64,000 nt of DNA. It comes from an uncultured delta proteobacterium (GTDB lineage Bacteria; Desulfobacterota; Binatia; Binatales; Binataceae). The position numbers and the translations under genes were made by a program. Below, piece after piece: positions 19,593 to 30,148 of this stretch (the first letter of the stretch is position 1; the number at the start of each line of letters is the position of its first letter). The DNA lies in the NCBI GenBank assembly GCA_963747845.1, contig CAVVGR010000005.1, positions 3,508 through 67,507 on the forward strand. Direction: 5' to 3'. The notes under the pieces are model-generated. The model had not been told where the DNA came from, made no database searches, and worked only from the letters and a program-made list of their open reading frames with translations.

Positions 19593-20082
19593 TCAGCCGT
19601 TCTTCGCGTCGAGCTTGGGGTAGTCCACCGGCTTGCCGGCCTGCTTCCATCCCTCGATGCCGTCGCTCATCACACTTACGTCGGTATATCCTGCTGCGAC
19701 CGCCCGACGGGCGGCTTCATGCGATGCAGTTCAATGCAGGTCGGCGCAGTAGAAAACCAGCTTCGCGCTTTTGTCCGCGGGCAGCGTGCTTGCGACATCG
19801 TACTTGTCGTCGCTGCTCAGCAGATGCGCGCCTGGAATCACGCCCGCAGTCGAACGCAGGCCCCATCCGTTCGCGTCATAGATATTAACGTGCGAGTTGG
19901 GATCGGCCATCATCGAGGCAAGCTTGTCAACGCGAATGACGGCAAACTTGTCCGGGGCCGTCGGCTTGTTGTTAAGCAGCGACCCGATGTCGAAAGGCAA
20001 AAACCGGCGCGGTAACAGACAAAACAAACGCGCCGACAATCATAGAAACGATCGAACGGCGCGCGCGGAAATACATATCCAT
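19593..20082 (-). CDS. Exported rhodanese-like protein with in-frame TGA (putative selenocysteine); homopolymer frameshift near 19995
   Basis: Signal peptide, IPGA, KLVFYCADLH-TGA-TASHEAARRAVAAGYTDVSVMSDGIEGWKQAG continues in frame to the stop at 19593. Confidence 0.8.
19699..19730 (-). promoter_or_regulatory. Candidate bacterial SECIS element
   Basis: GCCGCCC-GUC-GGGCGGU hairpin; the loop starts with G, 22 nt after UGA. Confidence 0.65.
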
Positions 20083-20170
20083 ATGATGAGCGTACCAAAC
20101 GCTTTCGCGCGGGCAAAGATAGAATGATTCCCGCCGCTGAGCCATATTCGAGTCCGAGGAAAATTCAATC

Positions 20171-20950
20171 ATGCTGAAACTATTCGAGCATCCGTTTTCG
20201 CCGTACGTGCAGAAAGTCAAAATCGCGCTCTACGAAAAGAACGTCGCGTTCGAGGTCGAAATCCCCGACGCTTTCAGCGGCGCGCCAACCGTATTCGTCC
20301 AGACCAGCCCACGGCTCGAAGTGCCGGCGCTGGTCGATGGGGACTTTGCGATTTTCGACTCGACCATCATCCTCGACTACATCGAGGAAAAATGGCCCAC
20401 GCCCGCCCTGCTGCCCTCGACGCCGCGCGACCGCGCCCGGGTGCGCATGATCGAAGACGTGTGCGACACGTACTACGAGGCAATCAACTGGGGCCTGATG
20501 GAAGTTCGCGCGTGGAAGCGCGTGACCGGCGACGCCGCGGCGCAACTTCAGCAGAAAGCCTACGAGCAGACTGCGGGCGTGTTCAAATGGCTCGAACGCG
20601 AGCTCGGCAGCGCGAATTATTTCAACGGCGCATCATTCGGCTACGGCGACCTGAGCGTTTACCCGCACGTCCGCGGCTCGGTCGTTTGGGGCAATCCGCC
20701 AAAGGCCGGAACGCGGCTCGCCGAATGGGTTGCGCGTGTCGAAGAACGTCCCAGCGTTCGCAAAACCATCGAAGCGGCCCAGCAGTTCGCAGGCTCGATG
20801 GAGACGCTGCCGCAGATTCTCGAGTCGGGCGCCTTCGCCCGCCAGTATCGCGACCATCGCCTCGAGTGGATGCTGCGCAGCGGCGGCGTCGAAGTCGTGC
20901 TCGCGGGTTTGAAGAAAAAGACGATCCGGTTTTCGAGCGAGATTTCCTAG
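20171..20950 (+). CDS. Glutathione S-transferase family protein
   Basis: [34 protein letters not shown]. Confidence 0.9.
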   Translation: MLKLFEHPFSPYVQKVKIALYEKNVAFEVEIPDAFSGAPTVFVQTSPRLEVPALVDGDFAIFDSTIILDYIEEKWPTPALLPSTPRDRARVRMIEDVCDTYYEAINWGLMEVRAWKRVTGDAAAQLQQKAYEQTAGVFKWLERELGSANYFNGASFGYGDLSVYPHVRGSVVWGNPPKAGTRLAEWVARVEERPSVRKTIEAAQQFAGSMETLPQILESGAFARQYRDHRLEWMLRSGGVEVVLAGLKKKTIRFSSEIS

Positions 20951-21607
20951 CCGGCGGCGGCGCGCGGCGAAGACACGAAGCCCGAAATGTCGCGAACGAT
21001 CTCGCCGCGCTCTATCGGCACGCATTCGGCGGGATACTCCTGCGTCATGCGATGCCCCGCGTCCTTCAGCGCGCCGATGAAGCGATCGAGATGGCTCATC
21101 GCGCGCGGCAGGATGTCGTGCATGACGACCAGCGTATGCGGCTGCGCCGAGGCGTCTCGAAGCGCGCGGTCGACCCACGCATCCTGATCGATCCAATCCT
21201 CCGGCACGCAATTCCACAGCACGCAGGTGTAGCGATTGGCAGTAAGATGATCGACGGCGGCGCGGCTCAGCAGATGCGGCCCGATCTTGCCGCCGCCGCC
21301 GAACGGACGAAACAGTTTTGGATTCTCCGCGAGTGCGCCGATGAGTTGCTCGGTCTTCGCGATTTCCGAGTCGACCGCATCCGCCGCCGGGTCGTCGCCC
21401 AGCGGTATCCGATGCGTGAACGAATGGTTGCCGATTCGATGCCCCTCGGCGGCCGCGCGATGCGCCAGCTTCCTTCTCCGCCGAGGCGAGATTCTTGCCG
21501 AGCACGAAGAAAGACGCCTTCACGCCGCGTCGCGCGAGCACGTCGAGCACCATCGGCGTCACCGCAGGATCGGGGCCGTTGTCGAACGAAAGTGCGACGT
21601 CACCCAT
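20947..21607 (-). CDS. Polysaccharide deacetylase (CE4); frameshift near 21478
   Basis: [34 protein letters not shown]. Confidence 0.85.
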
Positions 21608-21617
21608 GACGCTGCCG

Positions 21618-22475
21618 TTACTTGTCCGCCGTAAATCTGAACGAGTCGCCGCTCTTCGAGATCTTTCCCGCCGACGGCGTCGCGAAATGCGTCCCGAAGA
21701 CCACGACGTTGGTGTCGGCGTATTTCTCGCAGAACGCGCGCCGCGTCTTCTTCGCCTGCGCGCCGTCGGAATCGAAGCCGTCGTCCCATTCCGGAAATTT
21801 GCATTGAATCGGATGATGCATCAGGTCGCCGGTGATCACCGCATCCTGCCCCTTCGACGAAATCCGCACGCTGTGATGTCCCGGCGTGTGTCCCGGCGTC
21901 GGCTCGAGCCAAACTTCGTCGGTGACGCGAAACGTTGATTCGATCAGATCGGCCATCCCCATCTCGACCACCGGCCGCACCGAGTCCTCGACCGGATCGC
22001 GCATATCCTTGCCCTCGAACCTCGACCAGTACTCCCACTCGGTGCCGCCGAGCAGGTAGCGCGCGTTGGGGAACGTCGGCACCCACTTGCCGTCCTTGAG
22101 CATCGTGTTCCACCCGACGTGATCCACGTGCAGATGCGTGCAGACGACGCGATCGATCTGCTCGGGCGCGTGACCCGCCTTTGCCAGGTCGCTCAGGAAC
22201 GGCAGCTTCAGGTTGCTCCACACCGGGTTCGATCGAACCTTCTCGTTGCCGATGCAGGTGTCGACGATGATGCGCTTGCCCTGCGATTCGATCACCAATG
22301 CGTGGATGCTCATCCGCAGCTTGCCCTTCTCGTCCGAGAAAATCGGATACAGCCAGTCCGCTTCCTTCTTGACGTTCTCGGGGGTCGCGTCGGGCATGAT
22401 GAAGGTGCCGGGCCACGGCGCTTCGCTTTCCACGATGCGGGTGATCTTTACGTCGCCGACTTTGAACTGATTCAT
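21618..22475 (-). CDS. MBL-fold metallo-hydrolase
   Basis: [29 protein letters not shown]; GGAGG RBS. Confidence 0.9.
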   Translation of the reverse strand: MNQFKVGDVKITRIVESEAPWPGTFIMPDATPENVKKEADWLYPIFSDEKGKLRMSIHALVIESQGKRIIVDTCIGNEKVRSNPVWSNLKLPFLSDLAKAGHAPEQIDRVVCTHLHVDHVGWNTMLKDGKWVPTFPNARYLLGGTEWEYWSRFEGKDMRDPVEDSVRPVVEMGMADLIESTFRVTDEVWLEPTPGHTPGHHSVRISSKGQDAVITGDLMHHPIQCKFPEWDDGFDSDGAQAKKTRRAFCEKYADTNVVVFGTHFATPSAGKISKSGDSFRFTADK

Positions 22476-22614
22476 AGCGCGAACCTCCTGTCTCGCCGCC
22501 AACTTAGCCCGAACTCCGGAAATTCGCCAAACGCGATTGAAATGTTTTTTTTCACAACCGTTGGCTTTCCGTTTCGATTTAGTTGTAACAGAAATGAGTA
22601 CGGAGGAATCGAAG

Positions 22615-23072
22615 ATGGCGGATATTCGCGGCCAGGGCCCCAAGCAGGATATCGACGAGATCGTGCGCTTGCATCATCTGTGGGTGACGCGAATCGCCAG
22701 GGCAGCATCCCCATGATGCGTGCGGCGTTCGTCGGCGGCGACAAATTCTTCGGCTGGAACCTCAACGGCTTTGCCTACGAAGGAATCGAGGAGTGGGCGA
22801 CGTTGTGGAAATTCCTCGGCGGCTCGAAGGCCGAAGTGACGCTCGACGAAGATGAGGACCTCCGCGTGCAGGTCCGCGGCGACACCGGCTGGCTCACGTG
22901 CACCGCCGACTTCACGATCAAGCTCGGCGGCAAGGAGTTGCCCGGCAGCGGCAAGTTCCGCAGCACCGAGGTTTACGTGCGCGAGGACGAAGCGGGCAAG
23001 CCCGTCTGGAAGATGTGGCATTGCCATTTCTCTCCCCTCGCAAAGGGTCCGCGCATGGCGTTCGAGAAATAG
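22615..23072 (+). CDS. NTF2/SnoaL-like protein; frameshift near 22692
   Basis: GGAGG RBS; typical C-terminal RSTEVYVRE...WKMWHCHFS. Confidence 0.75.
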
Positions 23073-23086
23073 CGGGAGGCGACGCG

Positions 23087-24100
23087 ATGCCCAAAGTTCG
23101 CGAATTCGGCGTCGGTTTCGAAAACCTGCACACCCGCGAGTTTGTCGCGCACGCCAAACGCGCCGAAGAACTCGGCTTCGCCACCGCCTGGGTGCCCGAA
23201 GATCCCTTCTACCGCGGCGCGTTCGCGCTCGGTTCGGCGGTCGCATGCGGCACTTCTAAAATCAAAATTGGACTCGGCGTCGTAAATCCTTACACGCGCC
23301 ATCCCACCCTGACCGCGATGGAATTCGCCGCGCTCGACGAGGCCGCCGACGGCCGCGCGATCCTCGGCATCGGCGCCGGGATTAAAGACTGGATCGAGGG
23401 CCGTCTCAGGATTCCCTACTCGCGGCCGACGCTCGCGATGCGTGAGACGGTCGAGATCATCCGCCGCTTTTTCCGCGGTGAAGAAGTCACTTATTCCGGC
23501 CGCGTCTTCCAGACCGAGAAAGTCAAGATGAGTTTCAAGCCGGTGCGCACCGAGATTCCGATCCATCTCGGCATCATCGGCCCGAAGAATTGCGAGCTCA
23601 CCGGCGAAGTGGCCGACGGCCTGCTGCTGAGCGTGATGTCCTCGCCCGCCTACGTGAAGTTCGCGACCGAACACATGCGTCGCGGCCTCGAGAAATCCGG
23701 ACGCGACCCGCGTGACTTCCCGGTCGGTGCGTATATCTTCTCGTCGATTTCCGAGGATGAGCGCGCCGCGCGCGACCGCCTGCGCCCGCTCGTCGCGTTT
23801 TTCATCTCCCTGATGGCGCCGCAGCCGGACACGCCAATCTTCGCTGCCGCCGGATTGCCCGCCGACACCGTTCGCGCGTTCGGCGAGAGTTTCGCGCGCG
23901 GCAAAGTACCGGTCGACATGGTGACCGACGAGATGCTCGACACCTTCACGCTCGTCGGCAGTCCCGCGCGATGCCGCGAGAACCTCGCCCGCTTCATCGA
24001 AGCCGGAGTGACCGCGCCGGTGTTCTTCGAAGTGCCGGGCATTCCGCCGCAGCAGACGATTGACGACGCGCATCGACATCTGATCCCGTATTTCAGCTGA
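23087..24100 (+). CDS. LLM-class flavin/F420-dependent oxidoreductase
   Basis: AEELGFATAWVPE, IKIGLGVVNPYTRHP, GRAILGIGAG, GEVADG. Confidence 0.88.
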   Translation: MPKVREFGVGFENLHTREFVAHAKRAEELGFATAWVPEDPFYRGAFALGSAVACGTSKIKIGLGVVNPYTRHPTLTAMEFAALDEAADGRAILGIGAGIKDWIEGRLRIPYSRPTLAMRETVEIIRRFFRGEEVTYSGRVFQTEKVKMSFKPVRTEIPIHLGIIGPKNCELTGEVADGLLLSVMSSPAYVKFATEHMRRGLEKSGRDPRDFPVGAYIFSSISEDERAARDRLRPLVAFFISLMAPQPDTPIFAAAGLPADTVRAFGESFARGKVPVDMVTDEMLDTFTLVGSPARCRENLARFIEAGVTAPVFFEVPGIPPQQTIDDAHRHLIPYFS

Positions 24101-24127
24101 ACGAATTTTCGTCAGGAGTGAACGACG

Positions 24128-25624
24128 ATGGCATTTGAAGTTCCCAGCGCAGACGAATTGAAAAGAATCGCGCGCGCCAACCATATCGAACTGACGGCCG
24201 AGGAACTCGCCGCGCTGCAAGGGATGATGCCCGGCCAGATGGAGATAATCGAAGAGCTCGGCTCGCTCACCGAGGCCCCGCAGGATTCCGTAACGCGTTA
24301 TCGCGATCGCAAGGCCGGAGTGCGCCCCGCGCCAAAGGACGATCCACTCAACGCCATCGTCACCCGATGCTCCGTCAAAGGCGCCGCCAGCGGCCCGCTC
24401 AAGGGCAAGCGCGTCGGCGTGAAGGACAGCGTATGCGTCGCCGGCATTCCGGCCAGCGGCGGCTCGTCGGTGCTGAAGGGTCACGTGGCAGCCACCGACG
24501 CCACCATCGTCGCGCGCATGCTCGACGCGGGCGCGGAAATCGTCGCGACCCTCAACATGGACGACTTCGCGCTTTCCGGCGACGGCACCACCAGCTTCTA
24601 CGGACCCGCACGCAATCCGCACAACCCCGACTACTGCGCCGGCGGTTCCTCATGCGGCTCGGCGGCGGCGCTGTATTATGACGACATCGATCTGACTATC
24701 GGCACCGACCAGGGCGGCTCGATCAGAATTCCCGCGTCATGGTCCGGCGTCGTCGGCATCAAGCCCACCTACGGCCTCGTGCCTTACACGGGCGTGATGA
24801 GTATCGATCCCACGCTCGATCACGTCGGCCCGATGACCCGCAGCGTAAGCGACTGCGCACTGATGCTCGACGTGCTCGCCGGCAAGGACCCGCTCGATCC
24901 CCGCCAGCGCGAAGTAAGAACCGAGCCATACCGCGCGGCGCTGGGCAAGTCGCTCGATGGAATCAAGCTCGGCGTTGTGCGCGAGGGCTTCACGCGGCCC
25001 GGCGCGCAGGACGACGTAAATGACGCCGTGCGCAAGGCCGTCGCTGCGCTCGGCAAGCTCGGCGCGCGCCCGACCGAAATTTCTATCCCCGAGCATCGCG
25101 ACGCCTCTTCACTGATTTACGCGATCATCCCCGAGGGCATGGCGATGCTGGCGCGCACCAACCTGCACGGCACGCATCACACAGGCGCCTACATGCCGGA
25201 CCTGGCCGCCCACTTCGGACAGCGCTACCCCGAGCGCGCCAACGATCTCGCGCTGACCGTCAAGTTCATGCTGATATTCGGCAACCTCATGCGCGAGCGT
25301 TATCACGGACGCTTCTACGCCAAGGCGCAGCTCTATCGTCATGCGCTGACGGCGAAATACAACGATGCGCTCCGCGAGTACGACGCGCTGATCATGCCCT
25401 CGACGCCGATGAAGGCCCATCGCCTCGATGAACGCGCGCCCTACTCGATGATCACCAACACCGCGCCGTTCGACATCAGCGGGCATCCGGCCGTGAGCGT
25501 GCCATGCGCCAAATCCAACGGCCTGCCAGTCGGCTTGATGATCGTGGGCCGCCACTTCGAAGATGCGACGCCTCTGAAGATCGCTTACGCCTATGAGCAA
25601 AGCACCGACTGGCTGAAAGCGTAA
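24128..25624 (+). CDS. Amidase (amidase signature family)
   Basis: KD, GGSSCGS, GTDQGGSIRIP catalytic triad motifs. Confidence 0.93.
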   Translation: MAFEVPSADELKRIARANHIELTAEELAALQGMMPGQMEIIEELGSLTEAPQDSVTRYRDRKAGVRPAPKDDPLNAIVTRCSVKGAASGPLKGKRVGVKDSVCVAGIPASGGSSVLKGHVAATDATIVARMLDAGAEIVATLNMDDFALSGDGTTSFYGPARNPHNPDYCAGGSSCGSAAALYYDDIDLTIGTDQGGSIRIPASWSGVVGIKPTYGLVPYTGVMSIDPTLDHVGPMTRSVSDCALMLDVLAGKDPLDPRQREVRTEPYRAALGKSLDGIKLGVVREGFTRPGAQDDVNDAVRKAVAALGKLGARPTEISIPEHRDASSLIYAIIPEGMAMLARTNLHGTHHTGAYMPDLAAHFGQRYPERANDLALTVKFMLIFGNLMRERYHGRFYAKAQLYRHALTAKYNDALREYDALIMPSTPMKAHRLDERAPYSMITNTAPFDISGHPAVSVPCAKSNGLPVGLMIVGRHFEDATPLKIAYAYEQSTDWLKA

Positions 25625-25713
25625 CAGGGCGAAGACGCAAGATCAAAAGAGCGCTCGTTAGCATCTTGCAATCGGCGCATACGTCCATCAGGCTGGTCAG
25701 CTTCGGGGGGCCT

Positions 25714-26731
25714 ATGCCAGAACCTGCGATCGACCTGGAGGATGGAATGCGTCGACCCGACCTGGATTTCTGCTCACGCTGGATAGCACGCACAATCGCG
25801 GCGCCGCTTGCCCTGGTCCTCTTGATTTGCGCAACCGCTCCTCGCGGATGGTGCGCAAATGTCTGGCTCGCGCAGCATTTCGATGAAAAGGCCGCACTGT
25901 TTTTCACCCCCAGCGAGTTGAGCGAAAGCGGCGCACCTACCCCCAACGGAATTTTTGATATTGCGGCGACGGGCCTTGCCTTCGACAAATCCAAAAACCT
26001 CTGGATCGTCGTGAACTTCGCCGAAGTTGAGGAATTCTGAGCGGCGCAACTGAAACATCTCTCGAGCAACGATACTCCCAGCCCCGTCTGCCGTATCATC
26101 ACCAGCAGCTCCACTTTTCAGGAGCTTCTGGGTTGCGCCTTCGACAAGAAGGGCAACCTCTGGCTGGCAGACGTGCTGGCGGGCACGCTGGATGAAGTAT
26201 CGAAGGCTCAGCTGGCCAGCGGCACCGCCGATATCACACCGGCGAACGTCATCACCTCGTCCGACCTCAGCCCCGGCGGCCCCGATTTCATCACCTTCGA
26301 CAAATCGGGAAACGCATGGGTCGACAATGAAACGGACTCCAAAATCGTCGAGTTCACTGCCAGCCAGTTGAAGAGCGGCGGCACTCAAGCCGGCAACGTA
26401 GTAATCACCAACGATGGCTCCGATAGCCTCAATTTTCCCGGCGAACCGGCCTTCGACAACAAAGGCAATCTCTGGGTAGCGAACTATCATGGCCAGAACG
26501 TCGTCGAGTTCACGAAAAAACAGATGAAGGCTTCGGGCAGCCTTACGCCCGCCGTCACGCTGACCGACAACGGCGGCAGTCTCGAGGGTCCATGGGGAGC
26601 GGTGTTCGACGGCAACGGCGGATCTGCTGATGACCAACTTTGACGGCGCTTCGATCTCGAAGTTTACCCCGAATCAGTTGAAAACCAGCGGCGCGCCAGT
26701 ACCGCCAGTCTTTCGAAAGGGCGAGGCGTAA
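25714..26731 (+). CDS. Exported NHL/beta-propeller repeat protein, interrupted by an in-frame TGA (26038) and a frameshift near 26620
   Basis: Five repeats: LAFDKSKNLW, AFDKKGNLW, TFDKSGNAW, AFDNKGNLW, VFDGNGDLL. Confidence 0.7.
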
Positions 26732-26775
26732 AACATTTATGAACTGACCTTCGGCCCGTGGAGAATCGCGATCAT

Positions 26776-26838
26776 CCTAACTCTCCTCGTCCGAGGAGAG
26801 TTAGGCGAAATCCGCGCAGCGATGTCGCCGTGTGAGGG
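26776..26838 (+). repeat. REP-like palindrome (divergent member)
   Basis: CCTAACTCTCCTCG-TC-CGAGGAGAGTTAGG perfect stem, with GTGAGGG downstream as in the other copies. Confidence 0.55.
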
Positions 26839-27127
26839 TGCAGCGCCCAAAAGCGCAACGATAATGACTTGTATGGCTGTAATGCCAGACACTAAGGCCG
26901 CCGCCACCCGGCAGCACTAACTTCTAAATCTGAAACAAAAGATTACTTTTCTTAATTGTAATTAGTGCAGGGTTACACCTCCCCAGAGCATGAAGCCCAC
27001 ATGCGTTTAGCATTGGATGAAGTGACCGCGAGCGCTTGACACATCTGGTTGTCGCGCGCAGGCTCAATGCGCAGTAGAAATCCGGCGGCGATTATCGAGC
27101 CGGAAAGATCCCGGGCCCGAAGATTCG

Positions 27128-27462
27128 ATGCTATCCAGGTTTCGCAAATGCAGTAGAGCGGCGGCGCGCGCCATCGCGATTTTCGGCGCTGCGCTATTGC
27201 TCATCTCGCAGACGGTGGGCGTCGCTCATTTTCATGAGAACGCCGGTGTTCGCGACGGTATCGTAGCCGCGCAGCCTGTCACCGACCCGGGCCTCTGCCC
27301 GGTTTGCCAGCTCGCGATGCATTCGCCGGTCTCGGTCGCGTCGGCGCTGACCGTGGCGCGAGGACCTGCGATAGCCGAGACCTATTTGTCGATACGCCGG
27401 TCAGATTCGATTCGCCGGTGTTCTCGGACGCGCGCGTGCGCGCTCCGCCCACAGCGCTCTAG
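27128..27462 (+). CDS. DUF2946-like leader peptide with CxxC and C-terminal RAPP motif; one-base homopolymer deletion near 27387
   Basis: Signal-like N-terminus, AHFHE, CPVC; -1 frame continues VFSDARVRAPPTAL*. Confidence 0.75.
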
Positions 27463-27463
27463 A

Positions 27464-27547
27464 TCCCCTTTCGACACATCCGATTTTCTATGGTGCGCGC
27501 GACAGGTTTCGCGCGGCGCCGCTCGCGTCCGAAGGCGCGAGAGGGGA
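27464..27547 (+). promoter_or_regulatory. Anti-SD/SD helix between the RAPP uORF and the TonB-dependent receptor
   Basis: TCCCCTTTCG (27464-27473) pairs over 10 bp with CGAGAGGGGA (27538-27547), which precedes the in-frame TTG at 27551. Confidence 0.55.
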
Positions 27548-27574
27548 ACCTTGAGACGGTATGGGGAGCTTGTG

Positions 27575-29990
27575 ATGCGAAGGAGTTTATTTGCGCGAAT
27601 CTCACTTGGCGGGATTCTGATTCAATTGGCTATTCAACTGGCTATTTGCACGCCAGCGATGGCGGAAAATTTGAAGACCCCGACGAAAGCGAAATATCGA
27701 ATCACGGGCGTGGTGAAGGACGCGCTCGGCCGGCCGCTCGGGCAGGCAGAACTGACTATCCAGGGCTCGAACGGCAAGGTGGTGGCCCGCGCGTCGAGCA
27801 ACGATGCGGGTGAGTTTACGTTCCACGTAATGAGACGCGGCACTGATGCGGTGGTGGCGAGCAAGGGCGGGTTCAAGACGGCGACAGCGATAGTCGCGGT
27901 CTGGCCAAGGGCGCCGCGCCGGTGACGGTCGCGATGGAAGCGGAGAAGGAGGTCAGCCTCAAGGTCGCGGCCAAGCGGCTAACCAGGTCCGCAACTCGTT
28001 GTCGCCGGATACCGGCGGCAGCAAGTACACGTTCACCGCGCAGGCAATCCATGATTTGCCGCAGGGCGCGAACACTCCCCTCAACCAGGTGATACTGCAG
28101 GCGCCCGGCGTCGCGCAGGATCCGTACGGACAGATCCACGTGCGCGGCGACCATGCCAACCTTCAGTACCGGATCAACGGGATCCAGCTCCCCGAGGGCA
28201 TCACCGGCTTCGGGCAGGTACTGAGCCCGCGCTTCGCCCAATCGATCAGCCTGCTGACCGGAGCGCTGCCGGCGCAGTACGGCCTGCGAACGGCGGGAAT
28301 TGTCGACATCAAGACCAAGGACGGGCTGCTCGACCCGCTCGCCGACGTGGATTTCTACGGCGGCCAGCGCGGGACGACCCAACCGAGCTTCGAGTACGGC
28401 GGCTCGAAGGGCAACTTCAGCTACTTCGTGACGGGGCAATACTACGGGACCGATCGCGGGGTCGAGCCGCCGACTTCCGGACCCACGGCGATTCACGACA
28501 CCAGCAACCAGGGCGCGGGCTTCGGCTATTTCTCGTACTTCATAAATTCGACGACGCGGCTGAGCCTGATCTCGGGAACCGCGATCAATCATTTTCAGAT
28601 TCCCGCCAATCCCGATCAGCCGCAGCTGTTCAAGCTGGCAGGCGTGCCGGTCTATCCGTCGGCGAAAGTGCGCGACAACCAGTTCGAGCAAAACTACTTC
28701 AACGTGCTCGCGTTGCAGGGCACTATCGGCGAGAATATCGACTACCAGCTCGCGCCGTTCAGCCGTTACTCGGCGGTCACCTTCAACCCGGACCACACCG
28801 GCGACCTGATTTACAACGGCGCCTCGTCGAAGGTTTTTCGCAGCGACTGGGGCAACGGTTTTCAGCTCGACACGGCCTATCACGGAATCGCCGATCATAC
28901 GTTCCGGCTGGGCGGGTATTTCGATGCGGAGCGCGCCGAGATCGACAATCATGAGTCGACCTTCCCCGCAGTCGGTGGCGTCCAATCGTCCGATATCCCG
29001 ATTTCGTTCGTCGACGATCTCGCGCTGCAGACCTGGATTTACAGCGGCTACATCCAGGACGAATGGAAGATGACAAAAAAGCTGACGTTCAATTACGGCG
29101 TCCGCTTCGACCTGTACGACGGCCTGGTGCGAGCCGACCAGGCCAGTCCCCGCGCTGCGTTCGAGTACAAGCTATTCCCGAGCACGACGCTGCACGCCGG
29201 CTATGCCCGCCAGATGACGCCGCCCGAGACCGAGCTGGTGTCGGTCAGCGATATCAAGCAGCTCAAGGACACGACCGGCGCGCCTCCGTCGAAGGGCAAC
29301 GGCAATCCGACTGTCGAGCGCGACCATTTGTTCGACGCCGGCGTGACGCAGGAGCTCATTCCGGGGCTCAACGTCGGCATCGATTCCTACTACAAGAAGG
29401 CATCCGAGCTGATAGACGAAGGACAGTTCGGCCCGGCGCTAATCTTCGAAACGTTCAACTACAACAAGGGCCGGGTCTGGGGAGTTGAGTTCACGGGCTC
29501 GTACACTCACGAGGGCTTCTACGCCTACAATAATTTCGCCTACAGCGTCGCGCAGGGTACGCAGGTGGAATCGGGGCAATTCAACTTCGCGCCCGACGAA
29601 CTGAAGTACATCAGCAGCCATTACATCTTCCTGGATCACGATCAGACCTTCACCAATTCCGCCGGAGTCGTTTACAACTGGCGTGGATGGATGTTCAGCG
29701 TCGATGGCATCTACGGCAGCGGCCTTCGTTCCGGCTTCGCCAACACCGGGAACTTGCCGTTTTATGTTCAGGTCGATGCCGGTATCACCCGGCGTGTGCC
29801 ATTGCCGAACAATCGCGGCGCGCTCGAGTTTCGCGGCGCCATCGTGAACCTCTTCGATCACACCTATCTCGTGCGAAATGGCACCGGAATCGGCGTTTTT
29901 GCCGACCAGTACGGCCCTCGCCGTGCGTTATACGGCGGGATAAAATACGAATTCCCGTTCACCAAGCCCCCAAGTGTGCAGACGCCATGA
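27575..29990 (+). CDS. TonB-dependent outer-membrane receptor with N-terminal carboxypeptidase-regulatory-like domain; frameshifts near 27915-27975; alternative TTG start 27551
   Basis: Signal peptide, YRITGVVKD, plug HVRGDHANLQYRINGIQLP, C-terminal VNLFDHTY...YGPRRALYGGIKYEF. Confidence 0.9.
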
Positions 29991-30148
29991 AACGCAATTC
30001 AGGCGCTGGGCGTCGAGAAAGAAGCGTTTGCTTGACAAAGAAAACCCTGACTCAAGAGATAGATACTATCAACGATCGCGACCATGAGACAGCTAGTAAG
30101 AATGGTAGATGCGCGGGGGGAGTGTCAGATCGTAAGGAGAACTGACTA

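Noticed and set aside
26038-26040. In-frame TGA as selenocysteine
   Set aside because: It aligns with Thr in the protein's own repeats rather than Cys, and no SECIS-like hairpin is obvious downstream.
26840-27127. Cobalamin or other riboswitch upstream of the TonB receptor
   Set aside because: No B12-box or other recognisable aptamer motifs by eye; a RAPP uORF explains the regulation better. An Infernal scan would be decisive.
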